DNA from: Trichodelitschia bisporula
Lineage: Eukaryota
Direction of reading: 5' to 3'
Length of the DNA: 64,000 nt
Assembly (NCBI GenBank): GCA_010356995.1
Contig: ML996695.1
Coordinates: 133,061 to 197,060 of the forward strand
Positions within the stretch are counted from its first letter, which is position 1. Every line of letters begins with the position of its first letter. Below, piece by piece: positions 36,383 to 48,922 of the stretch. Position numbers and translations under genes: made by a program. The notes under the pieces were generated by a model. It was given only the letters and a program-made list of their open reading frames with translations. It ran no database searches and was not told the DNA's origin.

Positions 36383-37372
36383 TCACCTCCCCCTCCCCCT
36401 CCGCGCCCTACTCCACATCTCATCCAACTCCCTCGCCCGTCTCGCAGCCTCGACCCTCTGCCGCGCACTCGCCTCTGCCTGACTCGTCGCGTAGTCGGGT
36501 AATTCCTCATCGGCCCCATATTCCCCTTCCCCTTCCCCATTCCCATACCCATACCCCCCCAGCCCATCCCGTTCCCCAAACCCCCTTTCCCCCCCCCCAT
36601 ATCCCCCCACCCCCGCCACCGCCGTCGCAAACGCAACCCCAGGCTCACAGTGCGCATAACCCGGCACCAAGGCGCCGCGCTGGCCGTGCGGGGGCACGCT
36701 GTGCGCCCGGTCGGGGCCGGAAATCGAAAGACTATTCGTCGCCTCGACGAAGAGCGCGAATTCAGACGGAGACGTGAAGGGGGCGTCGGATTCGCGGCGG
36801 CGGTAGGTTGAGCGCGAGGGCGTGTCGTCGCTCCGGGAGCGGGTTTCGGGGTAGGAGGGGCCGGTCCCGAGGGTCCCGGTGGAGAAGCTGGTGCTGGTCG
36901 CCGGGGCGTAGCTGGTGGGCGAGGCGAGGAAAGTGTGCGCCCTGCGGCGGGCCGGCGCGTCCCAGGGCTCGTACGGGTTCGGGGCGATGGGGGAGTAGGC
37001 CGTGGCCTGCGGAGCCGCCGGCCATGGGGAGTGCGCGGAAGAGGGGCGCTGGTCGAAGGTTGTTACCAGGCTGGGCGCGGAGCGGGGTGGGTAGACGGGG
37101 GGATAGCTGGCGGGATGATGGCCTGGGGGGTAAGAGGTCGGGGAATAAGGCGCGTATGATGAGAAGGAAGAAGGGTCGGGAGCGGCGAGGCGCGCGGGTC
37201 GCCGGCGGTGGTCGCTGACGGAGCGGGCTGATGTGGAGGAGGCCGGGCCGGTGCCGCGGCGGGACCATGGCCGTGAGGGGGACATGCGGGTGCTTGTGCT
37301 TTGGGGGGTGGAGAGGGGGGGCGTGCGGGAGATATAGGCGTTGGTATAGAAGGGTGGGCGGGGCGTGGGCAT
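36383..37372 (-). CDS. Pro/Ser-rich hypothetical protein
   Basis: About 330-codon ORF from MPTPRPP. Structured-looking motifs EFALFVEAT and DEELPDYATSQAEASARQRVEAARRARELDEMW (PY-like LPDY). Confidence 0.7.
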   Translation of the reverse strand: MPTPRPPFYTNAYISRTPPLSTPQSTSTRMSPSRPWSRRGTGPASSTSARSVSDHRRRPARLAAPDPSSFSSYAPYSPTSYPPGHHPASYPPVYPPRSAPSLVTTFDQRPSSAHSPWPAAPQATAYSPIAPNPYEPWDAPARRRAHTFLASPTSYAPATSTSFSTGTLGTGPSYPETRSRSDDTPSRSTYRRRESDAPFTSPSEFALFVEATNSLSISGPDRAHSVPPHGQRGALVPGYAHCEPGVAFATAVAGVGGYGGGERGFGERDGLGGYGYGNGEGEGEYGADEELPDYATSQAEASARQRVEAARRARELDEMWSRARRGRGR

Positions 37373-38650
37373 TGTTTCCGGTTGCTGGGTGTGGTGTTTG
37401 CAGGGGAGGGTTAGGAAGACATGATGCGGGTGCTCACTTGGGGGGTGTGCGAAGAATAAAGGATGGGTGAGAAATGCTGGGGGGGGGGGGTACAGGCAGG
37501 TATCTAAGTGCATACGAGACGTTGCGGCGCAGTTGCGTTCGGGCCCTCACGATGGCGCCGACGGAATAAGGAGCTGGGTTTTGCGGTGCAGAAACGGCGC
37601 CTCCCCCCCTCTCTTTGGCTCGGCTGGATTTCATGAGCGGCCCAGGGGGAATGGGGGAGGCTAATTTGCCAGGACGATATTTCGAGGGTAGCAGAGGATT
37701 GGAGGGAAGGGGAAGCCGGGTGGGGGATTTGCGAGCTCCCGTGATCGTCGGGTTTGGGAGGGGATCATGGACCAGAATCCGGGGCGAGGAGTGTGAAGCG
37801 GCGACGTGCGAAGCCGGTTCAGCGCGCGCGGAGATGCGTGGCGTTGCTGTGGGTGCTCGCGTGCATATTTGCGGCAAGCAGCAACTCCCCACGCCACGGG
37901 AATTGTTTGTCTTGCAGGAAAGGAGAAAGGCGAAACTGTCAAAGCAGTGGATTGATGGAACTACTGGGGCACGTAAGGCGGAGAGGCGAAGAGTGGGCAT
38001 CATGGAGTCTGCGCCTTCGACAGGGATCCTATATTTGGCAACGCGGGAGACGCCAATGCTGCAACGGGCGGCGTTGGCGCAGAGGAGCGGTCGCATTGAG
38101 CGCCCTTGGCCAGAAATCCTTAGATCTGATGCGTAGGAACGAGCAAAGTAAGCTCCGAGTCGCCGACATCACTGCTTTGAGTCCTCATGGACTGGACACA
38201 TGGCGCTGATGTTTAGTTGATGGCGTTTTGGTGGTGATTATATGAGGCCATAGAAGGATCGTCGTAAGTAGGAGGTGCAGCGGTCGAGGTGTGTGTCGCG
38301 GTGAGATCAAAGCCTAACGATCCTAGCAGACTCGCCAAAACTTGGACGCAGCTGGAACACAAGAGCTACCATATGGCGATCCCGATGCATCAGCTCTGCA
38401 TCTATACCCGGCGGCAAATATCGCATCACATCGGCATCGCCTTCCAGCCGGTGTGCGAACGAATTGCGACAAACTCCGAGAGATGCATGATAGCGAAGCA
38501 GCACAGCACAAACAAAGGGGTGCCGTGAGGAGCCGTATTCGCCGCAGATTCGCATCTATCTTTAGTACCCGTATGGGGTTAGGGGCATGAACCTCCAGGC
38601 CGTGGCTTGCAGCTCGGGCCGGTCCCGATGCATCTCTCTTCTCGGGCTGT

Positions 38651-38697
38651 ACGAGGCGACCCAAGCGAGACGAGGCGACCCAAGCGAGACGAGGCGA
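38651..38697. repeat. 19-bp tandem repeat (about 2.5 copies, ACGAGGCGACCCAAGCGAG)
   Basis: Directly visible exact duplication. Confidence 0.85.
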
Positions 38698-39627
38698 TGC
38701 CGCGTTAGCGGGTTTTGGCTCGAAGCCTCTTCCTTTGTGAATTCAAATATACAACCCGCCATGGTGTTTTTGAGCCGCTGTTGCTCCTGGAATCTGCATA
38801 CGCCGGCTGCATCGTGTTGTTGTTGATGAACAGGCGGGCTTCGTATCGGCGTCGCAAGAAGCATCATGCGTCAGGGGCTTAGGTCACCGAAAAGCGCGTT
38901 ATTGCCGAATCGCACTCGGTCACGGTCCGTATGGCGACCAGCGGCTTCAGCCTCGATGTGGGGTGTTTTTGGAGTGGTCACGGGAGACAGCTGAAGTGAT
39001 GGAGGTGAAGGTGGACGGGAAGAGACTCGAGCTGAGAGCAAACCCGACGTCATGCCAAGCCAGCTGAAGTGTTCTATCTTCACTTCACACCGCGACTTCA
39101 TCTTTACAACACATTTGATCACAATTGGCTATCGTCACCTTCATCTCCACGCTGTAACAGCAAATGGCAACCATGGCCGGACATGCATCCGGCTTTGGCA
39201 GTCGGCCCGAGACCACTCCCGATTTAGCGTCATCCGCGGAGACGAAGGAACTGCATCGTGGCGACGTGCATCATGCAGCTGACTAACAAATCTCACCTTC
39301 TGCAGAGAAGTTACAGCCGGGGGCATGTGCCGTGCGGCTTGCGGTGATATGCACGGCACTGGACACGGGGTGGCGAATCTCACGGCATAACGGCGAGACA
39401 GTGATACCCGGAAGATGGGTAAATGGAATTGATATCTCTGGAGTGCAGATGACTCGGGAACTAAACATTACGCTTACATCTAGCAGATTAACGATTAAGC
39501 CGAGTTTGACGGCTCCCATCTCAATGACAAGAACATTAACCATTCGTCATGCGACCCGGCATCCCATTCATTTTGCATCCCCAGTGGAACCAGTCCATTA
39601 CGCCATCCCATCCAAACAACCCACTCA

Positions 39628-41088
39628 TCAACACCTAACCAACCTCTGCCCCCCCCTCGCCACAACCGCCAGCCGCACAGTCCGCACTTCAGCCGTATAC
39701 ACCTCTCCACACAAACTCGTCGGACTCCCGCCCACCGTCGCCGTCCGCCGCAGCTTCTTGACGTCCTTCTCCTCCATATCGTCCACCTCATCTACCTCAG
39801 CATCCACCCGCGACCCAGAAAGTCTCCGCGCCGGATTCACCCCCGGAATCTCCGGCGGCGGCGGCGTAGGCGGCGTCGGCTTGTTGCGCGCGTACACTTG
39901 CCCCACCGGCGACGGCGCCTGGTTCAGTCGTGCCGGCGACATGTCCTTGAGCGAGCGGGCGAGGGGAATATCTTCCGATCGCGAAGCAGCGTGCTTTTGC
40001 CGTTGTTGAACGGCCTCCGTTTTCTGTGTCTGAGGCGCCTCATGCCGCACTCCCCGCGGCCCATCCAACGACGTTGCTCGTGCGGAATATGAAGGCATGG
40101 GCGGGGTCTCGTCATCGCTCTCCAAATGCTCGATAAACCTTGAAGGCTTCCTCCTCAGCTCTCTCGGCGGCGGAATCGGCGGGGCCACGCTCTCGGCGCT
40201 TGTGCGGGGCGTCTCCCTTTCCACCTCCCTCTCTCTCTGCTGCTCTCCTTCCATCTCCTTGGGCCTTTCTCTTTTCTTCTCCACCGGCCGCATATCCGGG
40301 CTCCCAGGCGGGGTCTCAACCCCCCACAACCCCAGCGGCAACCCACCCACCTCCCCCCCCCTCTTAACCGGCGGACGCGGCGGCGTGCGCGGGTGCTCGA
40401 AACTGCGCGGCGGCGTCGGTGGCGGGGTGAGCACCGCGCGATATGGCCTCGGCGGGGGCATCCACGTTGGATTTGTGTGGCGGGGCGACGGGGCGGGCGA
40501 GGTGGCCGTCGAGGGAACCGCCGAGGGAACCGCCGAGGTATAAGGCGTGGTATAAGGCGTGGTGTCGGGGGTTAGATAGGCTTGCGCTATGGGTGGGATG
40601 GTGGGGCGGGAGATGGCGATGGGAGCAGGCCGGCCCTCGCGCCCGCGCTTGCGCAGGAGGGAAGGGGAGTGCTTCATGCCGCTCAGGGAGAGGGTGCGTT
40701 TTATCCTTTCCCTGTCCCTTTCCCTGCCTCTATCCTTCGGTGACGGCGGCGTTGGGGGGCGGAGGGTTATGGTAGCGTCGTAGGTTGGGCTTCGCGTGTG
40801 TGTCGCTGGGGCTTTGGAGGGGTGGTAAGGTACGTAAGGCGTTTGCGTCGGAGGGGCGGGGAGGGGATGCATGGGACTCGCGCGCCGGCTGCTTGCTGCG
40901 CTACTCGCTGCGCTCGTCGCGGCGCTATGCGTGTACATGCTGGCGTCGCGTTCTGGACGCCGTTCTGCGAGAGTGGGGATGTGTCCGTTTGGCGTTAGGT
41001 ATTCGTAGGCGAAGGCGGGGGTGGAGGGGGGGGCGTGCAGGCGGAGACGGGGTTTCCACCATTTTGTGGGAGGGGAGGAAGCGGCCAT
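39628..41088 (-). CDS. Pro-rich, probably disordered hypothetical protein (486 aa)
   Basis: Long ATG-initiated ORF with good start context (CAAAATGG), upstream TATA-like sequence near 41330, many TP/SP sites. Confidence 0.65.
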   Translation of the reverse strand: MAASSPPTKWWKPRLRLHAPPSTPAFAYEYLTPNGHIPTLAERRPERDASMYTHSAATSAASSAASSRRASPMHPLPAPPTQTPYVPYHPSKAPATHTRSPTYDATITLRPPTPPSPKDRGRERDRERIKRTLSLSGMKHSPSLLRKRGREGRPAPIAISRPTIPPIAQAYLTPDTTPYTTPYTSAVPSAVPSTATSPAPSPRHTNPTWMPPPRPYRAVLTPPPTPPRSFEHPRTPPRPPVKRGGEVGGLPLGLWGVETPPGSPDMRPVEKKRERPKEMEGEQQREREVERETPRTSAESVAPPIPPPRELRRKPSRFIEHLESDDETPPMPSYSARATSLDGPRGVRHEAPQTQKTEAVQQRQKHAASRSEDIPLARSLKDMSPARLNQAPSPVGQVYARNKPTPPTPPPPEIPGVNPARRLSGSRVDAEVDEVDDMEEKDVKKLRRTATVGGSPTSLCGEVYTAEVRTVRLAVVARGGQRLVRC

Positions 41089-42032
41089 TTTGGTGGTGAT
41101 ATGGACGAGGTGTGAGGGTGGTGGTGGTGATGTGGGGAGTAGTTGTGGGTTGTGTGGGGAGGAGATTAGGACATTTCAGTGCGGGGGTGGGGTTCGGTGG
41201 TGGAGTCGGCGGAGGAGGAGTGGTAGATTATGAATATATGTCCCGGAGTTCAGCAGAATCGCGATCGAGGGAAATATCAAGGGAAAGATCTCAAGAGCGG
41301 AGACGGGCGTAGGCTGCGTCCCGCGCCGTATATACCCCTCCCCGCAGGCAGGCCCGCAAGGCTGACCAACACCCTCGCCCCGCTTCCCTACCACATATCA
41401 CCCCGCCTCCCCTGTCCGTACAACACAGCCCGCCCTGCGCGTACTACGCCGCTGTCATCGCGTTTCAAGAAGAGCACGAGCGGGAAATCGGTGGGAGGGT
41501 AGGGTATGGGTATGGAGGGGTGAAGGGTGATTCGCGGTGAGAGAGAATGAGTGAGGGACGGGGGCCTCCCACGTCAGCGCGCGCTGGGTGGCCTGGTGCG
41601 AGGCTGGGGGGGAGGGGGTGCGGGAATCTGGGTTGGGGGGTTTTTTTTTTGCCCTGGTATTTGGAGGGGTCTTGACATGTGCACGTTGGCGGGATCAAGG
41701 CGACCGCTGGCAGGTTTGGTTAAGGGCGTGGTGACGGGTGCCAGCGAAGTCTTGTCATGGCCCGCCAATCGATAGGCGATAAGCTGCAGGTTTGGCCTTC
41801 TTTTCGACCTGCAGAGTTCGAGCGGGGCAGATCAAACCTACTTTGTTAAAAATAGGCAGCACATATCATCGCCATCAAAACGCAGCACAGCCCTCCATAA
41901 GTCTACTTACAAAGCATACGCCCATCGAGACGGCGGAGTGTAGAGCGATTCATCTGCTCTAGAACTACTCTTCCTGAATTTTGGGTTTCGTCCCAGCACA
42001 CTTTCATCCACCTCTATCGACAACTTTACGCC

Positions 42033-42495
42033 ATGGAAGCCTTAGCAGTAAACTGGCTCCTGGTGAACATCAATCAAGTCATCAATGTCAGCAAGTTAGC
42101 CCTCGAGACCTACGCGACTAGCACCTCCAAAGAGCACGCGCGGCTGGTAAAAGACATCGATTCAGCCATTCTTTCCTGGCAGAAAATAGCTCAGACCGGG
42201 AATCTGAATTCCGCGGCGGCCAGCGACGATGAGCGCTCAGTATGGACAATCGTGGCAAAGACCGAAGCGATTGCAAAAGATATATCGGCCTTCCTGCCAC
42301 TGGCTAAGCGAAATAGTAATAACCTTCCCCCCACCCCCGGTTTAGACTCCATTTTTAACAGATCCGGAAAGCGTTCGCGGCGGGTATCACAAACGTGTGG
42401 TATTGGACGAAAGAGGCTTCGCTGTTGAAACGGCTGCAAGTCTGTGAAAACGGGCTCATGAAGCGACTCAATGCGTTAGACAGGCGTAACAAGTA
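42033..42495 (+). pseudogene. Possible frameshifted or truncated helical domain resembling N-termini of fungal STAND/NACHT proteins
   Basis: ORF MEALAVNWLLVNINQVINVSKLALETYA..; a plausible helical continuation IRKAFAAGITNVWYWTKEASLLKRLQVCENGLMKRLNALDR lies in a different frame from 42362. No P-loop seen downstream. Confidence 0.3.
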
Positions 42496-43616
42496 ACACT
42501 CGGCCTACAGTATATTTGGTAGGGTGAATCTAACATGTAATAATTCGATCATCAGACAGCGGATTTTTGATGATAAGGTTACGCGTCGCCGGAATCTCAG
42601 AAGGCCACCTTTCTTCTGAATCCATGAGGATAGGACCAGCATAGATGCGGAGGGCATCCCCAAGCGAGTGCTGGCCTGACAATTCATGTCTTCAATTTGC
42701 TCTCTCTCTCTCGCTCTCACCGATCGAAACATCCCGCCCTAGGGCGGAGCTGGAATCTGACATCTGACATCGGTGCCTGCATAGATAGCCGCGTACGCAG
42801 TCCGCCTCACGCGGCGCGGCCTCTCCTCGCCTTCTCGAACGCCGCCCGAAGTGCCGCCTAGCACGAGGCGGGTGTCGTCACCCATCCATTGGTAATCGGC
42901 GTCATTACATCGTGTCTCCCTCGCAGATAAATGAATAACACAACAACTATACCGCGTCTTTTCTACCATACTAACAGGCTCACATTCCGCGCCCACCCGG
43001 TGGCGAGAGAGGCGGGAGAGAATCTTGGAAGTGATGATGACAAGAGGTGGTTTTCGTGCTGGGAGTACGGAGTAGTGAGGAGTGAGATCATCGCGGGGGT
43101 GCTCAGCCCCGCTTCCAATTTATTTGGTGCGGCTGCGAGGCCGGGGTTGGTGTGGCGGGGGGAGGCGCAGGTACGACACGAATGTGATAAGTGTGATAGT
43201 GTTTATTGGCGATACGGGACTGACACGGAGACTGGATATTGAGCCTCAGCCTTGCAGTGTTTTTCCATTTGTTTGGATTTATTGATGCTAGAACTAGTTG
43301 TTATGCCTGTAGTCGTAGCCGCGATTGAGGAAGGCCCAACTTGCCGACCCGCGGTCGATCAAACGGCCCGATCGCCGCAGGTACCGGCATCATGAATATG
43401 TACAATGCCCGAACCGCCGGGCCCCCGAATCCCGGACTCGGATCCCGCCGATTATCCGCGGAGGGAAGGCACCGATGCCGTGGGCGGTCTGAATCGCCGA
43501 ACTACCTTCCCGTCCTCAAGTCCCCTTTCCCGCTAGGAAAACTTAGTCTCGTCCAGTCTCTCCTCTCCGTTCCTACCCCGCTATCGGGAGCCCGAATCGC
43601 GGCATCACCTTCCTCC

Positions 43617-44813
43617 TCACTCCCTCCCCCCCAACCCCACCCTCCCCACACCCCTCAGTACACGCCCCAAAACCTCCATCCCCACCCCCCTTCTCCCCTC
43701 TCTCACACTAACCCCACTCTCCCTCTTCCTCATCCGACTCTCGCTCCTCCCTTCCCGCTCCATAAACCCGACCCTCTTCCCCCCACTCCGGCCCGCAGGC
43801 ACGTAACCCGGATCCTTGGGCGGCGGCGTCGGCGCCCTTCCTCTCTCGGCAAGCGGGTCCATGCTATCTTGCCGCGCGGGCCAGGCTCCCGCTCGGGACG
43901 AGGAGCGCGCCGGAGGCCGGGCGTGCGGGGGCGGGGACTGCGGGCGCGCGGGCCGGGGCGGGTGGGTGGGTTGGGCCGTGGGTTGAGCCGTGGGTTGAGG
44001 CGCATAATACCCCCCCACAGGCGGGACATCCAACCATGTCTGCTCCGCCTTGGGCAGCGGTAAATGCGCGCTACTATCGTTCAGGAACCAACTCGTGTCC
44101 ACCAGCGTGCTGATCCTTGCTGACAATCTAGGCTTCTCAGTCCGATCTCGGGACCCAGCGCGGCGCGACCAGCGGCGCTCGAGTTCACGCTTTTTGGGCT
44201 GGAGGGGGTCGGGAATGATGGGCGCGCACCAGGGTTCGCTGCCGGGCATGCTCCCGACGGAGATGAAGAGCCCGATTGTGCTGGTTGTGCTGGCGCAGCT
44301 TAGGGGCCGAGCAGGGTTGGGGGAGGGGAGGATAGGGTCTGAGGGGAGGACGGTGGAGATGCGGTTGCGAGTGTTGGATCTGTGGTCGGTGCGGGAGGAG
44401 GAGCGCGGGGGATGGGCGCCTCGGTCCCGGGGGGGTGCGCGGATCGGGCCTGGTGCTGGGAAGGGCGCGGAGAGGCGCGCCAGGTTTGGTCCTGGGAGAG
44501 TGTCGGTTCGGGACTCGGGTTGAGAGGTTGGCGAGCGCCCGGTCGGCGTGAACGTGAACCCGGGGAGCAGGGCACGGGGATGGTCCTGGCCACCGGTCTG
44601 CGTCGGTGTGCTGTTCTCAGCAGACGGGACATACGGCGGCGGCGGCGAGCGAAAAGGCGAGTCATCCGGATGCCAGCCCGCGAACGGCGGGTGCGCGAGG
44701 CGGGTCGCCGTCGTCATGATCGTGTCCGGGTCGAGTGAGAAGGGGAAATCGGCTGGGTCGTGAGAGGGGGGCCGGCGGCGGCGGTGGGGGAAGAGGGGCA
44801 TTTTGACCACCAT
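43617..44813 (-). CDS. Pro/Arg-rich hypothetical protein (398 aa)
   Basis: Long ATG-initiated ORF with a PPPPY motif; no recognisable domain. Confidence 0.6.
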   Translation of the reverse strand: MVVKMPLFPHRRRRPPSHDPADFPFSLDPDTIMTTATRLAHPPFAGWHPDDSPFRSPPPPYVPSAENSTPTQTGGQDHPRALLPGFTFTPTGRSPTSQPESRTDTLPGPNLARLSAPFPAPGPIRAPPRDRGAHPPRSSSRTDHRSNTRNRISTVLPSDPILPSPNPARPLSCASTTSTIGLFISVGSMPGSEPWCAPIIPDPLQPKKRELERRWSRRAGSRDRTEKPRLSARISTLVDTSWFLNDSSAHLPLPKAEQTWLDVPPVGGYYAPQPTAQPTAQPTHPPRPARPQSPPPHARPPARSSSRAGAWPARQDSMDPLAERGRAPTPPPKDPGYVPAGRSGGKRVGFMEREGRSESRMRKRESGVSVREGRRGVGMEVLGRVLRGVGRVGLGGRE

Positions 44814-46033
44814 GGTCTTATGGTGGAGGTGGTGATGTCTGAGAAGCGGGTGTTGACTCGCGCTCGTACTTCGTAGGGCCAGCCTCGTGTGACGTTCGTG
44901 CGTCGCAGAACAGGGATAGCGCCTGTACGCTGGAATCGAAGCACTCTGGAATGGAAGCAGAAGGGAAAGAGGAGCGAGCGTCTGTCGATCCCCCGACCGA
45001 GATGCCGACTTGCGGAAGTGTCCTGCGAGCGATTGCTGAGGAGCAGCACCCGCGTGGGCTGCCGGCCTACATATTGCTGATCCCCTTTCGACGCTCTCGG
45101 CTAGGCCTTATGCGTGATGCTTCTGGCCCCGCGTATTTTCCCTCGCTTCGGGCCCTCTTCCCACTTCCCGTCCCGTCACCGCGTAGCGTGGCGGCCGTGG
45201 CGTGGGCGGGTCAGCGGGGAATTTGCAAGAAGAGCATGGTTGATAGCGTGGGTGGGGATAGTGGCGCCTGTAGTTCCAACGCCGGGGGAAGCGAAGCAGC
45301 TCAGCATCCAGCCATGAAGCTGTCACCAGGAGTCGAGAAAGAAAAGCATCATCCGTCAGACACCTGCAGCGACTCCTCTAACAAACCTACGCGCTGTCAC
45401 AAAGACGCAGTTTCGAACTCCCATCCCTTGCGTCATGGTCGCGCCTCACGGCGACCAACGACCGCAGCGGCAAAAGAAGCAACGGCGTGTGTGTTTTGCG
45501 TCCGTTTTGCCGGCGCCGTTTGGGCTTCGGATGCGTTTCAGCGGTCCGGCGCCCCGCTGGAAGGCCTAGGCGAGGGGGGCCGCGCCTCATGCGGGACTTG
45601 CCTCGCCCCTGCGCGAGTGGACTTTTTCATGTGTCAATGTTCAGTTATGCGGTGCAGTGGTGGCCTCAGCCTTGTGCTTAATGGAGGGGATGGGGGGAGT
45701 TATGCACGTCACGACAGACATAACATGCTTCTTCCCCTAACGGAATGACTCGAGCCGTTGCTAAAAAGGGACGGCGCCGCGGCAGGGGAACGGGATTTGA
45801 GAAAATTGCTTTGCTTCTGTTTTGTGTTGGATGCAAATTGCGAAAAAGTAAGATCAATTGCATGTGCAATGTTTTGATGCTTTTGATAGTGGCGGAATAT
45901 GGCGACGGAGACCTCCGCTGTCACATCCTGTTCCGATCCCAAACCGTCCTCCGCCATCATATCCGTCCTGTATAATCCCCAACGAAAATGCGACCAGCCC
46001 ATAGTGTACATCCCAAACGCCCGCGTATAAGCC

Positions 46034-47064
46034 TTAATCATCCCATTCCTCGTCCAGTTGATCGATTAGCCGGTTCTCATCGTCAGGCAGGCTGACGCGC
46101 CCGCGCTGTCCGCTTGATACCTGGCTGTATCCTCTGCTCCTGGGAATGAAGCGTGCACACGACGACGTGAGGATGATGAAGATGTCCTGCCACTGTCAGT
46201 GTCGTATCCTGCCCACAGCCATATCACATACCTTGAGGAAACCGCCAATGCCCGCCCACATGGAATAGTTGGGCAGCTGCCGCCATCCCCGCTGGTGCAT
46301 GACCGCCCGCTGGTACACGCAACCACCGATAAAGTACACCAGCAGCGCGATCATTGCGATCACGCCAAACACCCCGCCCGGCCCTAGCTGCTGCGGCGAG
46401 GCCTCGATGCCCGCGCACGCCGCCTGCGAGCGCGCCTCGAAGAAGAACGTGCACGCATCATCGCTGGCGCCGATGAAGGCCACCACAGCCTTAGGAGCCT
46501 TCGGTGCAGGTGGGTCCTTGTCGCAGAGAAGTGAGATGATAGTGGATTTACGGCGCGTTTTCTTGTCGGAGCGCGCTTCGGACCGCTTCGAATGTTCATC
46601 GCATGGCGATCCGTTTGTGTAGTTGAGCACCAGTTTGCGCCCACGGAAGATGGGCTCTGCGTTCTGCTGACTGTGGACGTCAGCCGGGGCTGCAATTACA
46701 GATAACTGCATGCTCACCCTATGGAATACGTCTTCTTTCCTTGGGTGTAGTACGCGCTGACATTCTGCCACGCGGCCTTGTCCACCCCCTCCACATCCTC
46801 CAGCTTCGTAGCCACGGGTCCGCAGAAGTTGAGTGTAAAGTTGGCGCCAAAGTCGTATCCCTTCGCCTGCCAACCCTCGGCCTGAACGTCCCCCTTCGCG
46901 GGCTTCGTATCCTTCACCGGCACAACGTTGAGCGAGTTGAGATCGTAGTAAGCGCCTGAAGTCGGGCTGCGGATGGTGCACGGCTTCACAGGCTTCGGTT
47001 TCTCGTCGGCGGCCGCAGCGGCAGCGACAGCCGAGAGCGCAAGAGCGCAGATGGCGAACTTCAT
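46034..47064 (-). CDS. MRL1: Mannose-6-phosphate receptor-like vacuolar sorting receptor, 3 exons
   Basis: Signal peptide; PCTIRSPTSGAYYDL, GYDFGANFTLNFCGPV, RGRKLVLNYTNGSPC, STIISLLCD, CTFFFEARSQAAC; TM GPGGVFGVIAMIALLVYFIGGCVYQR..RGWRQLPNY; acidic tail ENRLIDQLDEEWDD. Confidence 0.88.
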
Positions 47065-47362
47065 GACGGCGTGGCGGGGAGCATGGAGGTTGGTGTCGGA
47101 GACGGATGTTCGAGATGGTTACCTGTCCGCGACATGGGGACAAGTCTCTCATTGAGTGTGGCTGTGTCACCCGGTGCGGCGCGGCACGTCATGGCGCCGC
47201 GATTGACGCGCCTCGTGCCCCCTGTTCAACATTCTTGCGGATCGCTGAGCTTCCGGACAGCAAATATCGTCTCACGGCAATTGTGCTATAATATGGTCAT
47301 TCTCATGCTCTGTTGAGCTGTTTCGTTCCTTTTCCGATTGATCTAGAGGAGAGACGCCCACA

Positions 47363-48922
47363 ATGTCAGCTCCCAGCAAACCCGTCGCATTTCCGCGCAA
47401 ACATGGCTACGAGTTCTTCGGCCCGTAAGTACACACAGATCTGCTGCATTGTTGTGTTCTGGGCTGACGCTCCAGACCGGGTGCCTTTGCTATCAGTTTC
47501 GGGCTGCCAATCCTCTGCTATGCGATGACCCTGCTTTGCAATGACGTATCTGGTTGTCCTGCGCCGTCCCTACTGAGTCCCTCGACTTTGACACTGGACG
47601 AGCTAAAGCGCGAGGCCGGATGGAAAGGCTGGGAGACCATCTTCAACTGGAAGGCCTTCATTGCGAACTTGGGCTGGTATGCGCTCAGCCTCGTGCTCAA
47701 CCGTGTGCTGCCGGCGACAGAGGTACAAGGGACGGAGCTCGCAACGGGCGGTCGGTTGAATTACCGCTTCAATGGTAGCTCTTTCTACGTCTCTCCTTTA
47801 TGCCGTCTCTAACCCCACGCAGCATTCAACTCCGCGATATTCACCATGTCCATCCTCGCCGCCGGCACCGCGCTGCAGGGCGCTGACTTCCCCGTGTGGC
47901 CGTTCATCTGGGACAACTTCGTGCCGCTCCTGACGTCCAACATCGTCCTCGCTGCCGTACTCGCTACGTACGTCTACGTGCGCAGCTTTGAGGTCAAGCC
48001 CGGCAACACAGAGAAGCGTGAGCTCGCGGCTGGTGGACACACCGGGAACATGCTGTACGACTGGTTCATCGGGCGCGAGCTGAACCCCCGCGTCACGCTG
48101 CCGTTGCTCGGAGAGATCGATATCAAGGCGTGGATGGAGATGCGGCCGGGGCTGCTCGGGTGGATTGTACTGGACTGCGCCATGATCGCGCGGCAGTACC
48201 ACCACTTCGGCTACGTCACAGACAGCATATTGATCACGACGGCCGCGCAGGCGTTTTACGTTTTCGACGGCCTATACATGGAGCCGGCGATCCTGACCAC
48301 CATGGACATCACCTCCGACGGCTTTGGCTTCATGCTGTCATTCGGCGACGTGGCGTGGCTGCCGTTCATCTACAGCATCCAGACGCGCTACCTTGCCGTG
48401 CACCCGGTGATGCTCGGCCCGTGGATGATGCTGACGTTTGGCGTCATCAGCCTGGGCTACTACATCTTCCGGTCGGCGAACAACGAGAAGAACCGCTTCC
48501 GCACGAACCCCAACGACCCCAAGCTGGCGCATCTGCAGTTCATGGAGACGAAGGCGGGAAGCAAGCTGCTCACTTCGGGCTGGTGGGGCACGGCGCGCCA
48601 CATCAACTACCTGGGCGACTGGATCCTGTCGTGGAGCTTCTGCCTGCCGACGGGCGTAGCGGGCTACACGGTCGTGCGCAACATGTCGTTCATACCGCCT
48701 GGCGCGCATGCGATGCTGAGCGAGCCGGGTACGGTTGTGGTGCCCGGTGGCGAGGCGTACGGGTGGGGCATGGTGTTTACGTACTTTTTCATCGTGTATT
48801 TTGCAACGTTACTGGTGCATCGCGAGCTGCGCGATGAAGAAAAGTGCCAGAACAAGTACGGCACGGACTGGGACCGGTATTGCAAAAAGGTGCCGTGGCG
48901 GATCGTGCCGTGGGTCTATTGA
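47363..48922 (+). CDS. ERG24: C-14 sterol reductase (ERG4/ERG24 family), 2 introns
   Basis: HGYEFFGP, GGRLNYRFN, LAAGGHTGNMLYDWFIGRELNPR, EMRPGLLGW, MDITSDGFGFMLSFGD, GSKLLTSGWWGTARHINYLGDW, HRELRDEEKCQNKYG..VPWRIVPWVY. Confidence 0.95.

Noticed and set aside
44951..45748. 265-aa plus-strand ORF
   Set aside because: Random-looking translation in the upstream region of the 44813 gene; no supporting evidence.
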